Part shown: one piece after another, positions 1 to 12,180 of the stretch
Layout of the letters: each line of letters starts with the position of its first letter
How positions within the stretch are numbered: position 1 is the stretch's first letter
Assembly: GCA_964019335.1 (NCBI GenBank)
Contig: OZ025691.1
Coordinates: 372,001 to 436,000, forward strand
From: Diplonema japonicum
Taxonomy: Eukaryota > Protista > Euglenozoa: Diplonemea
Direction of reading: 5' to 3'
Length of the DNA stretch: 64,000 bases
The notes under the pieces: generated by a model
What the model saw: only the letters and a program-made list of their open reading frames with translations
Databases searched by the model: none
Told to the model about the DNA's origin: nothing
Position numbers and translations under genes: made by a program

Positions 1-1
1 A

Positions 2-1015
2 CGCACTGGGCCAAGGGAGAGCCTTGGCGTGGTGAAGGTTGGAAAAGAGTCTGCTAAGGAAGTGGTGAAAACGGAATCGGAGGATGAAGAGTCGCAAGGT
101 GTTCGTGAGAAGGGGCGCAGCAGCACAGCCACGGTGTCCGGCTCTTCTCGGGAAAGCGAGCCGGAGCTGGAAGCGGAACCGGAGCCGGTGACGCCTCCAG
201 CGGGTCCAGAACCTCCACCCATAGCTGATATCGCAGTCGCAGTGGCGTCTACGCCTCACTGTGTTGACACGGCGAGACCAGAACGTAGAGTGAGTATTGC
301 GAATGAGGAGCCCACAGCAACGGATGTCTTTATATCCAGTCAGCCTTCTTCGCCCTTTGACACTCCGTATGAACATTTGTTGAAGGAGACGCCACGTGTG
401 CCCTGTTCCCCTTGGTCAGCTGACATCTATTCTGGTAGGTCTTTTGCCCCGCAGCCGCCGATTGACGTTGTTCCGAAACAAATTGCGATCCCCACGGTCC
501 CCCCGTTGCAGGCAGTGGTGGATGCGCAAAACCATCCGTTTCTTCGTCGTGATGAGCTGGCCGCACCTAAGCCGGTCCGGATAAAAGGAAGGAGGAGAAA
601 TGTGTACAAGAAAACGCTGCTGGAGGTGCAAGGCAACATCCAGCCAAACGATACTGGGGACTGGGTGTGGAAGATTAACAAGGAAAAGGGATCAAATGTG
701 AAGCCGCGAGTCTCCAGAGTCTGCGCCGTTGCCGAGACTTCCTTATGCCCACAGGTTGCCACTCTTGAAGAGGTTAGCCTCATTGCCAAGCTGCCTCCCG
801 ACATGCTCCCCCGCATCAGCCCTTCGAGAGACGCGGTCTCCCGCAAATGGAAATCTTCTGAAGGCACTTTTACCTATTCACGACATACATCCCCCAGGGC
901 TGCCCAGACGCAGATATGGGCTTTGCCAAGCATCTCTCCTGATTACCTCGCCCTCACAGCACCGCATATCTCCCCTGACACTGTCAGGGAGGTTTGTGCG
1001 ATGCGGATATGCTGA
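2..1015 (+). CDS. 3' part of a Pro/Ser/Glu-rich, probably disordered hypothetical protein (5'-truncated by window)
   Basis: Frame is open from the window edge to TGA 1013-1015; coding-like composition, followed by a pyrimidine-rich spacer. Confidence 0.7.
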   Translation, partial: RTGPRESLGVVKVGKESAKEVVKTESEDEESQGVREKGRSSTATVSGSSRESEPELEAEPEPVTPPAGPEPPPIADIAVAVASTPHCVDTARPERRVSIANEEPTATDVFISSQPSSPFDTPYEHLLKETPRVPCSPWSADIYSGRSFAPQPPIDVVPKQIAIPTVPPLQAVVDAQNHPFLRRDELAAPKPVRIKGRRRNVYKKTLLEVQGNIQPNDTGDWVWKINKEKGSNVKPRVSRVCAVAETSLCPQVATLEEVSLIAKLPPDMLPRISPSRDAVSRKWKSSEGTFTYSRHTSPRAAQTQIWALPSISPDYLALTAPHISPDTVREVCAMRIC

Positions 1016-1177
1016 TCACCTTCCGGTGACCAGTGGACTTTCTGGGTTCTTTTCTTTGTTCTTCTTCTCTTCCTCTGTTGTTCCCATTTTTTTTTTTAAA
1101 CATACAGGAGACACGAGAGGGACAAGCTAGACGGAAAGTCTAGAAGGAGGCAAAAGGGAAAAAGGAAAGGACGTAAG

Positions 1178-3159
<1,982 letters not shown>

Positions 3160-3387
3160 CACACATTGAACTAATTATCTTTTTTGTTGTTGTTGTTGTT
3201 TTTTGTTGCTGTTTCCCCCCCCTTTTTTTTTCTGTCTCTTTTCTTCTCTTCTCTGTAAGCCACTCTATCATTTCCCGGGTGAAAGAAAGAAGAAAGAAAG
3301 GAAGAAAGAAAGAAAAAAGGGAGCATAATAAAGTTTTTTTTTTCCCCCAACGACACCCTTCTTTTCTTTTCTTTTCTTTTTTTTTTT

Positions 3388-3565
3388 CCCGGGTGGTGGG
3401 ATCACGTTGTTCGCTGTTGACCTCCTCGTCAGTAGCACCCAAGCGGAGGAAAGCAGTGCAGATGCTCAGGGTGGCGAACAGGCAGCAAACTGCACGAGTG
3501 CAGAATTTTGATTACCCGGGGCGCCCCAGCTGGGGTGATGCGGAGTGTTTATCTCTTATACATAT
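3388..3565. repeat. Dispersed repeat family A, copy 1 (degenerate)
   Basis: gcagatgctcagggtggcgaacaggcagca...gcgccccagctgggg...ttatctcttata is shared with other copies. Confidence 0.75.
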
Positions 3566-3786
3566 TCCTCCCCCCCCCCTCCCCCTCCCCCTCCACCCCC
3601 CTCGCTCTGCAGTTCCCCCCACAATAGGGGGACGCCTGTCTTCTGGGACAAACTTAAGAGGTTTACAGTGTATTTATAAGAAAAGAAAAATTTTTAATTT
3701 CTTGTATTTTTTTTTAAGGATTTATTTTTCTTTGAAATTTTTGTTGTACCCCCCCCCCCCTTCACCCATTAAAATATTTTTTGCGC

Positions 3787-3845
3787 GCTTACGTTGCACG
3801 CTTAACGCTACCTAGTGTCGCAATCAAAGCCCCATTTTTGTTAGT
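3787..3845. repeat. Dispersed repeat B, copy 1
   Basis: cgttgcacgcttaacgctacctagtgtcgcaatcaaagccccatttttgtt matches 43789-43845. Confidence 0.75.
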
Positions 3846-4546
3846 GTCTTTGCGAAGCAAAAAAAAAAAAAAACTATAAAAAAAGAAAAACGGGGGGGGT
3901 ATGGGGTGAGGATAACAGTGCTTTATATTTTTTAAATTGTTTTTCTTTATGTTACGCAGTTATATAAAGAACGGGGATGGGGGGGGGGGGGGGGGAGAGG
4001 GAGGGGAGTGTGATTAGCATGGGAGGATTCGGAGAAGGGGAAGTGTTGGCTGAGTTTCATTGTTTTCTTGTTTATATTTTTCTTTTTTTCTAAAGACTTT
4101 TTTGTCAGTCGGTCGGTACCCCATCCCCCCCCCTTTTTTTTACCCATTCCCAAAATAGGTTCGAACTGAATTCTCCATCAAAAAAAGGAAAATCGTTTTT
4201 TTTTTTTTAGGCGATCCTGTCACATACTGCAGGTTCCCTTCAAAGACATCTTTTTTTCTTTTTTTTTTTTTTTTTTTTTTTTCTAAACACCGTCCTCATC
4301 ATTCAGTTCAAGGCCCCCCCTTTTTTTTGTAAACCAATTCTTTCTTTTATAACCTTTCTTATTTGGACTCCTTTTTTTTTATTTAAAAAGGTGGGGGTGG
4401 GGTTTCGTTAGCTACACACATCTCTTCGCTTCCTTAATCGCGAATTCTTTTATGTCTTTTTTTTTCCTTTTTTTTTTTGTAACAAAAGGTACGCAACATA
4501 TCTTCTATTTTCAGTCGCCTGGGAGGGGTTCTTTTTTTTTTTTTTT

Positions 4547-4750
4547 TTAAACCCATAAAGGACCGCAGTTTGAATGCAAAGATTTATGGGCGATAAAGCC
4601 TTCAGTTATTCAAAAAAAAGTCGCGCAATAAGGCCCCTCTTTAAAGAGTGGGCATGCAGAACACTAAAAATACCTTAGCAGAATTTAAAAAAAAAAAAAA
4701 AAAAAGAAAATTTAGACTGATATTATCAGCTCCGGTCCTTTGTGGGTTAA
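4547..4750. mobile_element. ~200 bp TTAA-flanked (piggyBac-like) MITE
   Basis: TTAA(a)CCCATAAAGGACCG ... CGGTCCTTTGTGGG-TTAA; 14-bp TIR with 1 mismatch; related copy at 33415. Confidence 0.7.
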
Positions 4751-5475
4751 TTTTGATACCCACAACCTTTTTCTTTTTGCAAGGTCATCGCACTTGTGAT
4801 CGGCCTTGGGAACCTGTATGTGCATAGTCCCCTTAGAAAAAAGGAAGGGAGAAAAAAAAAAAAAAAGAAAGGCAACTCTGCTGATGGAAAGTGCCATCAC
4901 ATCACGTCTATTCATTCCTACAGACGGCCCGCTTGCTAAAAGAAAAAGAAAAAAAAAGAAAAAAACGGAGAGAGAAAGAGAGGGGGGGAATGGCTGTCGC
5001 AAACTTTAAAAAAAAAGAAATATAAGCAACCCGGACGTCTTCTTCGGTAAGGTTTTCGCACCCGTAGTAGTAGCTCACGCAACAAAAGAGTTATGGGTCG
5101 GGGAGGTTAAAATTTGACAAGAAGAGGCCCAGGGGAAGAGGGGAAAAAAAAAAGGGGGAGGAAAGGTGCTTGTGTGCACAAAAAAAAAAAAAAAAAAAAA
5201 AAAAGAGGTAGTGGAAATATATATATTTTACTGGGACACGTTAACAGTTTTTTTTTTTTTTTTTTATCCACGTACTTTTTGCGAATAACTATTTTTTTTT
5301 CGAGTGAACAAATGTATTTTCTTTTCAACAACAAAAAGTATCCTCACAGTGCCACAAGAAAGGCAGAAGGAAGACTCGGGCTTAGAAACAGGAAGCGTGT
5401 TTTGAGCGAGGCCCGCTCCATTTCCCTAGTTTCTTCAAACACGCGTACCACCGTTGTTTTTTTTTTTTTTTTTTT

Positions 5476-5670
5476 CCCCCTCGTTAGTACCGTTAGTTGC
5501 ACCCAGGCACCCTAGTGGAAAGACGTTGCATTGCAGATGCTCAGGGGTGACGAAAACTGCACAAATCCTGGTCACCCAACTGAAAGCTACAGCCCGACCG
5601 AAGTTCGCCGTAAGGACAGTGCTAGGGCGCCACCAGCACTGGCCTCCTTTATCCCTTATTTATATACATT
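5476..5670. repeat. Dispersed repeat family A, copy 2
   Basis: gtggaa..ttgcagatgctcaggggtgacgaa...aagctacagc...agggcgccaccagcactggcctcctttatc. Confidence 0.75.
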
Positions 5671-5739
5671 TTTTTCTTTTTTTTTTTTTTTTTTTGAAGA
5701 GGCGGACCCTCAGCCCTTCCGTAGAAAAAAAAGAGAAGG

Positions 5740-5783
<44 letters not shown>

Positions 5784-5816
5784 TGTAAAATATTGTATGA
5801 AAAATGTCAGACTGCC

Positions 5817-5851
<35 letters not shown>

Positions 5852-5979
5852 AGGAAAAAATAAAAAAAACTCCTTTCAAAACCTTTTAAAAGAATACCCG
5901 CGGAACAGGAAATGGTCCGGCATAACGAATACCCTGACGTGGGAAAAAAAACTCGGCATTTTTTTTTTTTTTTTTTTTT

Positions 5980-6085
5980 TTGCATGAACAAGAAAAACAA
6001 TATATTGATAATGAATTGTTAGTGCTAAGAATTGTTGGGCTTATCCTTCTACAGGTTGGCTCCGGTTGTGCACAAATAACAATCA
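5980..6085. repeat. Dispersed repeat C, copy 1
   Basis: ttgcatgaacaagaaaaacaatatattgataatga...ccggttgtgcacaaataac matches 57285-57352. Confidence 0.65.
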
Positions 6086-7026
6086 ACCGGACTCTTTTTT
6101 TTCATTTTTTACAGTATCCAGGTTTCTTCTACCCAGTACTTGAAGAAAAGAGGGAGAAAAAAAAAGTTTTTTTTTTTGTTGTTCTGTTTTCCTTTCTTTT
6201 ATTTTCTGGCTCGCGATACAAAAAAGAAAAATAGAAAAACGGGACCAAAATGTATAGTCCCTGACTAAGAAAAAGGGGGGTTAAAAAAAAAAAAGAAAAA
6301 AAAGGGGGGATGCGAGACCACCGAAAGCAGGAGAATCGCTGTTCAAGAAATCTTCAATTTCGTCTTTTAATATTTCTTTTTTTTTTTATTTCCACTGCTG
6401 ATGATGCCTATGAGTAACCACAAGGCCTGAATGGAAAAGAAAGAAAAAAAAAAAAAGAGAGAGAGAAAGGGAAGAAAAAGGAGGAAGCGTTGTTCCCCTT
6501 TTTTTTTAATATGCATTTTAAGTGATTTTTTTTTTGTTTTTTTTTTTTTGTATTTTCTTCTTTGAGTGCTGTACGTGCTGTTTCTTTAAGGGAAAAAAAA
6601 AAAAAAAAAAAGAAACACGTCCATAACAAATTCTTTTTTTTTTTGATCGGGATTTATCTTTTCATCACAAACAAAAAAATAATGGGGGGGGTTGCTAACA
6701 AAAAAAGGAGAGTGTCCAAAAACGAAGATTTTTTTCTTCACCCTTCTACAACTACCGAAATTACATAAAAGCTCCATAACAAAGGTTTTCCCGGTGGTTA
6801 ACGGTTTTTTTTTTTTAATTGTTATTGAGCAAGGACATCCTTTTTTTTTTTTTTCCTCTTTGTTTCTCTGACGATCCGAGCTTGTCCCCCGATTGTAATT
6901 AAAACCAGTTGACATCGATTAACCAGCAACTATGAACCTAATTAGATAAACCAAAAAATGGGGGAAAGAAAATCCCTTTTTTTTTTTTTAAAAAAGATCT
7001 TTTTGGGAGGGGCTTTTTTTTTTTAC

Positions 7027-7057
<31 letters not shown>

Positions 7058-7058
7058 T

Positions 7059-7370
7059 CCCCGGAAGGCGGGGATAACATGGAGAAATAAAAGAAGTACA
7101 TCAGATGTGACATGTTGTTGACCTCGTCGGTCATCACTGGTAACGCCGGAGTGGAAGAACAGATTGCAGATGCTCAGGGTGACGAACAGGCAGCACGATG
7201 GCATGCGCCCCGGCTGGGGTTGAGCTGCACACCTCACGCATTAAGGACATGACTGCGGAAGGCAGAAGAAGCTACAGCTGCCAAGGTGCTCCCCCCCCCC
7301 CCCCCGTAATCAAGTAGACAGTTCCTTGTAAAGGGCGCCACCAACACTGGCCACCTTATATCTCTTGTAT
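7059..7370. repeat. Dispersed repeat family A, copy 3 (most complete, ~310 bp)
   Basis: Contains all blocks seen in the other four copies. Confidence 0.85.
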
Positions 7371-7559
7371 CGGAGTTCCGCCCCTTCCCCCATTGTTTAC
7401 CCTCGTTTTACATTTTAACTCCGCTCTTCTGGAAGAAAAAAAAAAAAAAGAGAAACCACACAGAAGGGGGGTGGAGGGGGGGGCGGAAAGGTGGGACAAG
7501 AAAAAAAAAAAAAGAAGAAAAAAAATCCTACCCTCTCAACAAGGAGGGGGGAGCGATAA

Positions 7560-9080
7560 ATGTCCACCACAGTTGTTGTTCTTGTAGTTGTAACGGGGGT
7601 CGTGGGTCTTGGCACGCTGGCATACTGCGCGTACAGAAGATACGCCAAGATCAGGGCAAGACGAGCAGGCGATTTAGATAGCCCACTGCTCAGAGGCGAC
7701 AAAGATGGTAAAAAAGAGAAAAAGAACAAAGACCCAGTCATCAGCCTGTTGTACAACCAAGTCAAAGAACTACAAGATCAAAAGCTCCGCCTAGACCCCG
7801 AGCACAGCAGGCTAATACAGCAAGACACCGTAAACAGGAAAATCTTCGAGCAGCTGAACAACCAGCAGAAACACATCAACGAGGTAATCAACAGCCAGGA
7901 CAAAATCCTGAGGGAGCAGATGCAGAAAATCGACCTGATAGAAAGACAGGAGGAGTGCATGATAGACAAGATAGACGAGTTCATGAGGGAGACAATCCAA
8001 GAAGCCGCCAAAGAAATACACAACGAGACAGAGTACCACCATTACAGACATAGAAAATTGCAGCAAACATTACTGCAGCAGACTGCTGACCGGACTGCGG
8101 GGCTGATTGACACTGCAGGAATGGAGAAGCAGATCAATGAGCTTCGGACAATGTTCCAACGCACTCAGGATGACAGACAGAAGATAGTCTCTACCTTGTC
8201 CGCCCTGCAAACACAAGGCCCCCGTTACGGACCCGTGGAGGTGGGAAGCATGGCAACTGGCGGAAACCCACTCCTGCAGCAACAACAACAAATACAACTA
8301 CAACAACAGCAACTACAGCTACTACAACAACAACAGCAGCCTGTCGAGCAGCCAATATCACCCACTTCAACAGCAAGCCCCATGAACGGTGACCGACCAC
8401 CTATAAATATTGGATCTCTTCGATCCGACCCACGCCTCCCCACGTCTCCTTTCAAAGTTCAAAACCCGAACTCGAGGAAGCAGACTGGTAGTGACAAACA
8501 AGACCCATTAGCACCCACATTCCCATATCCTTATATAAAAACCGATCAAGATGAGGACTACGGCCATGCAGTGGTACATGGCTCACCAAGAGGGGCTGAT
8601 GTAGCCGATGGGATGAAGTCTTACAGTATGCAGTCCAGCACTATGATGAGCATGAAGGTCCCGCCTGCATTGCGTAAGAAGCGTGCTGCTGAGCGTGACA
8701 AAGAACGAAACGACGGGATGTACGGTGGGCACTCTGCAGGTGGTGAGGATGACTGGTGGAGGGGGCTCATGGCATCTAAAGCTTCCCCTCTGCGTCCTGA
8801 AAACACCTTCGCTTCTTTGCAGCGCAATGCGGATGCCTCTGTCTCTCGGGTTGAGCAGTCTATCCTTGGGGAGTCGAAGCAGGGTCAGACCCCCGACGAG
8901 CCCACCGACTATGTTAAGCCCTTGTCGAGGGCGTCATCTTACATCTCGTCCAAGCGGCCCTCCCACACCTACGACCCCCCCGACGCTACGTCACTTGTAG
9001 ATGATGATGGTGAGGACGACGACGACGATCTAGCACGGACCATCCCCACGGCATTCACTATTAAACAGCTTGGGGCGTAG
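7560..9080 (+). CDS. N-terminally membrane-anchored coiled-coil protein with disordered C-terminus
   Basis: 506 aa ORF; hydrophobic N-terminus followed by basic residues; heptad-rich segment. Confidence 0.8.
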   Translation: MSTTVVVLVVVTGVVGLGTLAYCAYRRYAKIRARRAGDLDSPLLRGDKDGKKEKKNKDPVISLLYNQVKELQDQKLRLDPEHSRLIQQDTVNRKIFEQLNNQQKHINEVINSQDKILREQMQKIDLIERQEECMIDKIDEFMRETIQEAAKEIHNETEYHHYRHRKLQQTLLQQTADRTAGLIDTAGMEKQINELRTMFQRTQDDRQKIVSTLSALQTQGPRYGPVEVGSMATGGNPLLQQQQQIQLQQQQLQLLQQQQQPVEQPISPTSTASPMNGDRPPINIGSLRSDPRLPTSPFKVQNPNSRKQTGSDKQDPLAPTFPYPYIKTDQDEDYGHAVVHGSPRGADVADGMKSYSMQSSTMMSMKVPPALRKKRAAERDKERNDGMYGGHSAGGEDDWWRGLMASKASPLRPENTFASLQRNADASVSRVEQSILGESKQGQTPDEPTDYVKPLSRASSYISSKRPSHTYDPPDATSLVDDDGEDDDDDLARTIPTAFTIKQLGA

Positions 9081-9141
9081 TTTTTTTTCCGTTTTTTTTT
9101 TTTTTTCTTTCTTGTCAGTTGTAGTAACGTGTTATAATAAG

Positions 9142-9174
<33 letters not shown>

Positions 9175-9336
9175 AGATAGATATACGACTTTTTTTTTCC
9201 CCTCGGCCTTTTTTTAAATATTTTTTAAGCAAAATATTTTTTGATTTTTCAATGTTTTTTTTTTTTTACCAGAGAGGAGGGGGGAGGAGGGAAAAGAAAA
9301 CACACAAAAAAAAAAGAAAAAGGAACAAAAAAGAAA

Positions 9337-9861
9337 ATGGAAGAGGAAAACCATGCGCTGCGGCGGAAATTAGCAAAGAAGACCTCTAGGGTGGAGGGTT
9401 TATTGAGAGAGCTTGACGAAAGCATGGCGAAGGAGCAACGGGCGGTCGGCGAAGCGGAGGGTTTGCGCAGCGCGGTGGCGACCCTGCACGAAAAGATGCT
9501 GGAAGAGAGGGAAGGTGCGGCGAAGAGAGAAAAAGAACTGGAGAAGAAAATTCAGATTGCAGGCAGCCACCCTAGACTGGAAGAAACGGTGGCTGTCTTG
9601 AAAGAAACCGCACGCCGAAAGGACGAAGAGCTCAAAGACCTCATCGCCACGAACCGCTCTATCAACGACACAACAGAGATCCTCGCCTTGCGGGAGATCT
9701 TATCTGCAAAAGAAGCCGCCTTGCAACAAACCCAGCTCCAGCTTTTAAAGTTCAAACGCCGTTGCGATAAATACGAACAGGTAGCGGGTGATGTAGATGC
9801 CTTGCGTGCCATGCTTGCTGACAAAGACGCTACCATTCTCCGATTGTCCACAGCACATTGA
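9337..9861 (+). CDS. Small coiled-coil protein
   Basis: MEEENHALRRKL... begins after an A-rich leader; E/K/L heptads. Confidence 0.75.
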   Translation: MEEENHALRRKLAKKTSRVEGLLRELDESMAKEQRAVGEAEGLRSAVATLHEKMLEEREGAAKREKELEKKIQIAGSHPRLEETVAVLKETARRKDEELKDLIATNRSINDTTEILALREILSAKEAALQQTQLQLLKFKRRCDKYEQVAGDVDALRAMLADKDATILRLSTAH

Positions 9862-9925
9862 ATTTTTTTTTTTTTTTTTTCCCCCGGATTTTGTAACCCT
9901 CAAAAAGCTTGGAAAAAAAAAAAAA

Positions 9926-10515
9926 ATGAAACTTTTAATATCCAAAGCCATGCAGCGGTGCTGTGCCTTAAGGCATCAGCACCGGTTTGGCAGTCTACGG
10001 GACAGAATGAACTCAAAGAAAACCGTGGATTCGTTTGAGGCTGAGGTACAGCAGCTCAACCAAGACATAGAAAACCTGGACAGAAGAGAGACGGGGTTTG
10101 CAGAGATAGATAGACAAGCCAGGCAAGCTGAAGAGGTCGTCGGTGCCATGACGGAGGAGGAGATCAAAGAGAATCAGGAGATCATCAAAAGGTGTGGAGG
10201 GGGAGAATAAGAAGAAGAAGAAGAAAAAAAAAAAATAGAATGCTTGTAAGAGGGCTGCGCGCTGCGGTGGTAGTGATCCTCGGCTTTTGGATGGTGATGG
10301 TGGCTTACCGTAGAAAACGACAGGAAGTATGTGCACAATAATAAAAAAAAAGAAAAGAAAATAAAAAAATAAAAAACCTAAAGATTGAAGAGAAGAAAAA
10401 AGCACTCGAACTTGAGAACGGTCCCAAGGACGTTTCGGAATCGCTTTTAGAGTTCCAAAAAGCTTTCGAAGACGCGGTTGTGGAGAAAGAAAAGGATGGC
10501 GAGGAAGACGCATGA
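9926..10515 (+). CDS. Single-TM protein with a possible mitochondrial presequence; introns 10192-10238 and 10327-10383
   Basis: Splicing two A-rich GT-AG introns gives ...IIKRMLVRGLRAAVVVILGFWMVMVAYRRKRQEIEEKKKALE...EEDA*. Confidence 0.7.
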
Positions 10516-10600
10516 TTGCGCGCCCCCCCTTTTTTTTTTATTCCCCAAAAAAAAAAAGAAAAAAAAAAGAAAAAAAAGCGGGGGAGAAAAAAAAAAAAAA

Positions 10601-11821
10601 ATGGCATGGGCAGGACAAATTCTTAAATATGAGGATTTCGACTGGGATGCAGCATCGCAGATAGGAATGGGTGCCCTGGCAAAGGTGTACCGGGTGAAAT
10701 ACCTCAAAGACGGAAAGGACTACGCAATAAAGGTGGTTTCAAAACTGGTCCTTGTACACGAGAACAAGGTGGACGCCGCAATGAACGAAAAGACGCTGAT
10801 GCAAAGCCTGTACACAGAGCGGGAGATCTGCCAGCTGATGGGCACCTTGCAAACCGAAGAAGACCTATTCTTCGTTATGGAATATTTCCCGAAAGGGAAC
10901 CTCGAAATGCTGTCAATAAGAAAATCCCTAAGCAGACGCGTCGTCGCGGAGATCACATCGCAAATCGTTAAAGGCCTCGAAAAGATTCACGCAAAGGGAT
11001 ACGTCCATAGAGATATAAAACCGGAAAATATTTGTATCAGGGATGATGGGAGCGTGGCCATCATCGATTTCGACACCTGTACCAAATGCACCGACATGCC
11101 CGTCCCCAACACCATCGTGACAAAGTCCATCCACGAACTTTCACCTGAAGAAAACGCAAGAAAATACAGCGTCTCGGAGATCCAATCCATACGGAGGAAA
11201 ACCCAACAGTTTGCAGGGACCGCTCAATATATTTCACCGGAAATGCTCGATTCCTGCACGTGGAGCTATTCGTCTGACATATGGGCTCTCGGGTGCGTTG
11301 TTTACCAGATCTCCACCGGCGTCGCTGCATTCTCCGGACCAGGCCAGTTTGATGTCTTTCGAAAAATCGTAAAAGGAACCATCGATTTCTCTTTAGTCAC
11401 CGACCCTGTAGTTAATTCGTTCTGTCAAAACGTTATGGTTTTGAACCCTGTTGACCGGCTCGGTGTGGTGGGGTCGAAACCCGGAGAGGCGGGTTACTTA
11501 TCTGGGATAAAAGAACACGAGCTGTTCAACGATATCGATTGGGAGCGGAACGACCATTCTCACGTGCTCGCGGAGGAACCTGAGGAGGACAAGATTTACA
11601 TCGAGAAGATGGTCGGGTCAACCCCGAGCGACCCTTTTGATGAATGGATCGCCAAGAAAACCACGCCTGCACCCCCTCCCACCACATCTAACCCACCACC
11701 GGCACCTGAAGATGCCAGCATAACCGAGCGTGCGGCCTGTGTTGAAGAAGATTTAAATGTAATAGATGATGTCGGCACCGCCAGCTTCAAACCGTTTCTA
11801 TTTCCATCCAGGGAGAGTTGA
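10601..11821 (+). CDS. AGC-group Ser/Thr kinase, PDK1-like
   Basis: GMGALAKV, YAIK, HRDIKPEN, DFD, FAGTAQYISPE, SSDIWALGC; ENKV..NEK resembles PDK1. Confidence 0.85.
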   Translation: MAWAGQILKYEDFDWDAASQIGMGALAKVYRVKYLKDGKDYAIKVVSKLVLVHENKVDAAMNEKTLMQSLYTEREICQLMGTLQTEEDLFFVMEYFPKGNLEMLSIRKSLSRRVVAEITSQIVKGLEKIHAKGYVHRDIKPENICIRDDGSVAIIDFDTCTKCTDMPVPNTIVTKSIHELSPEENARKYSVSEIQSIRRKTQQFAGTAQYISPEMLDSCTWSYSSDIWALGCVVYQISTGVAAFSGPGQFDVFRKIVKGTIDFSLVTDPVVNSFCQNVMVLNPVDRLGVVGSKPGEAGYLSGIKEHELFNDIDWERNDHSHVLAEEPEEDKIYIEKMVGSTPSDPFDEWIAKKTTPAPPPTTSNPPPAPEDASITERAACVEEDLNVIDDVGTASFKPFLFPSRES

Positions 11822-12180
11822 AATTTAATTTTTAAGATAAGAAAAAGAAAGAAAAATAAGGTTTAAAGTGTTTTTTTTTTTTACCCCCTCCTTTTTTTTT
11901 TTTCTCCCCCAGGTTTGATTGCTCTCCCGTCCTGCTTTGTGCTCATCAGGGATGTTCTGGTGTAATTGAGTGGGTCGTACTTTCCTTCGTCTTGCCTTTT
12001 TGCAAGTTTCGGTCCTTTTCTTGGTATGCTCTCCTTTGAAGCTACCGTGAGCAGGTCGATGAGTCCCTTTCTCACCGAAAAAAAAGATCTTATCCCACAG
12101 CGTCGGGGAGGGGAGGGGAAAGGGTAGAGGAGGGGAATAATTAAAAAAAAGAAAAAAAAAAAAAAAAGAAAGAAAGAAAC

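Noticed and set aside
4150-4180. GGTTCGAA T-loop-like motif
   Set aside because: No cloverleaf or A-box context; no tRNA called
5581-5595. aaagctacag in repeat A resembling part of a diplonemid spliced-leader exon
   Set aside because: Only ~10 nt match; the conserved TTTCTGTACTTTATTG|GT block is absent, so no SL RNA gene is called
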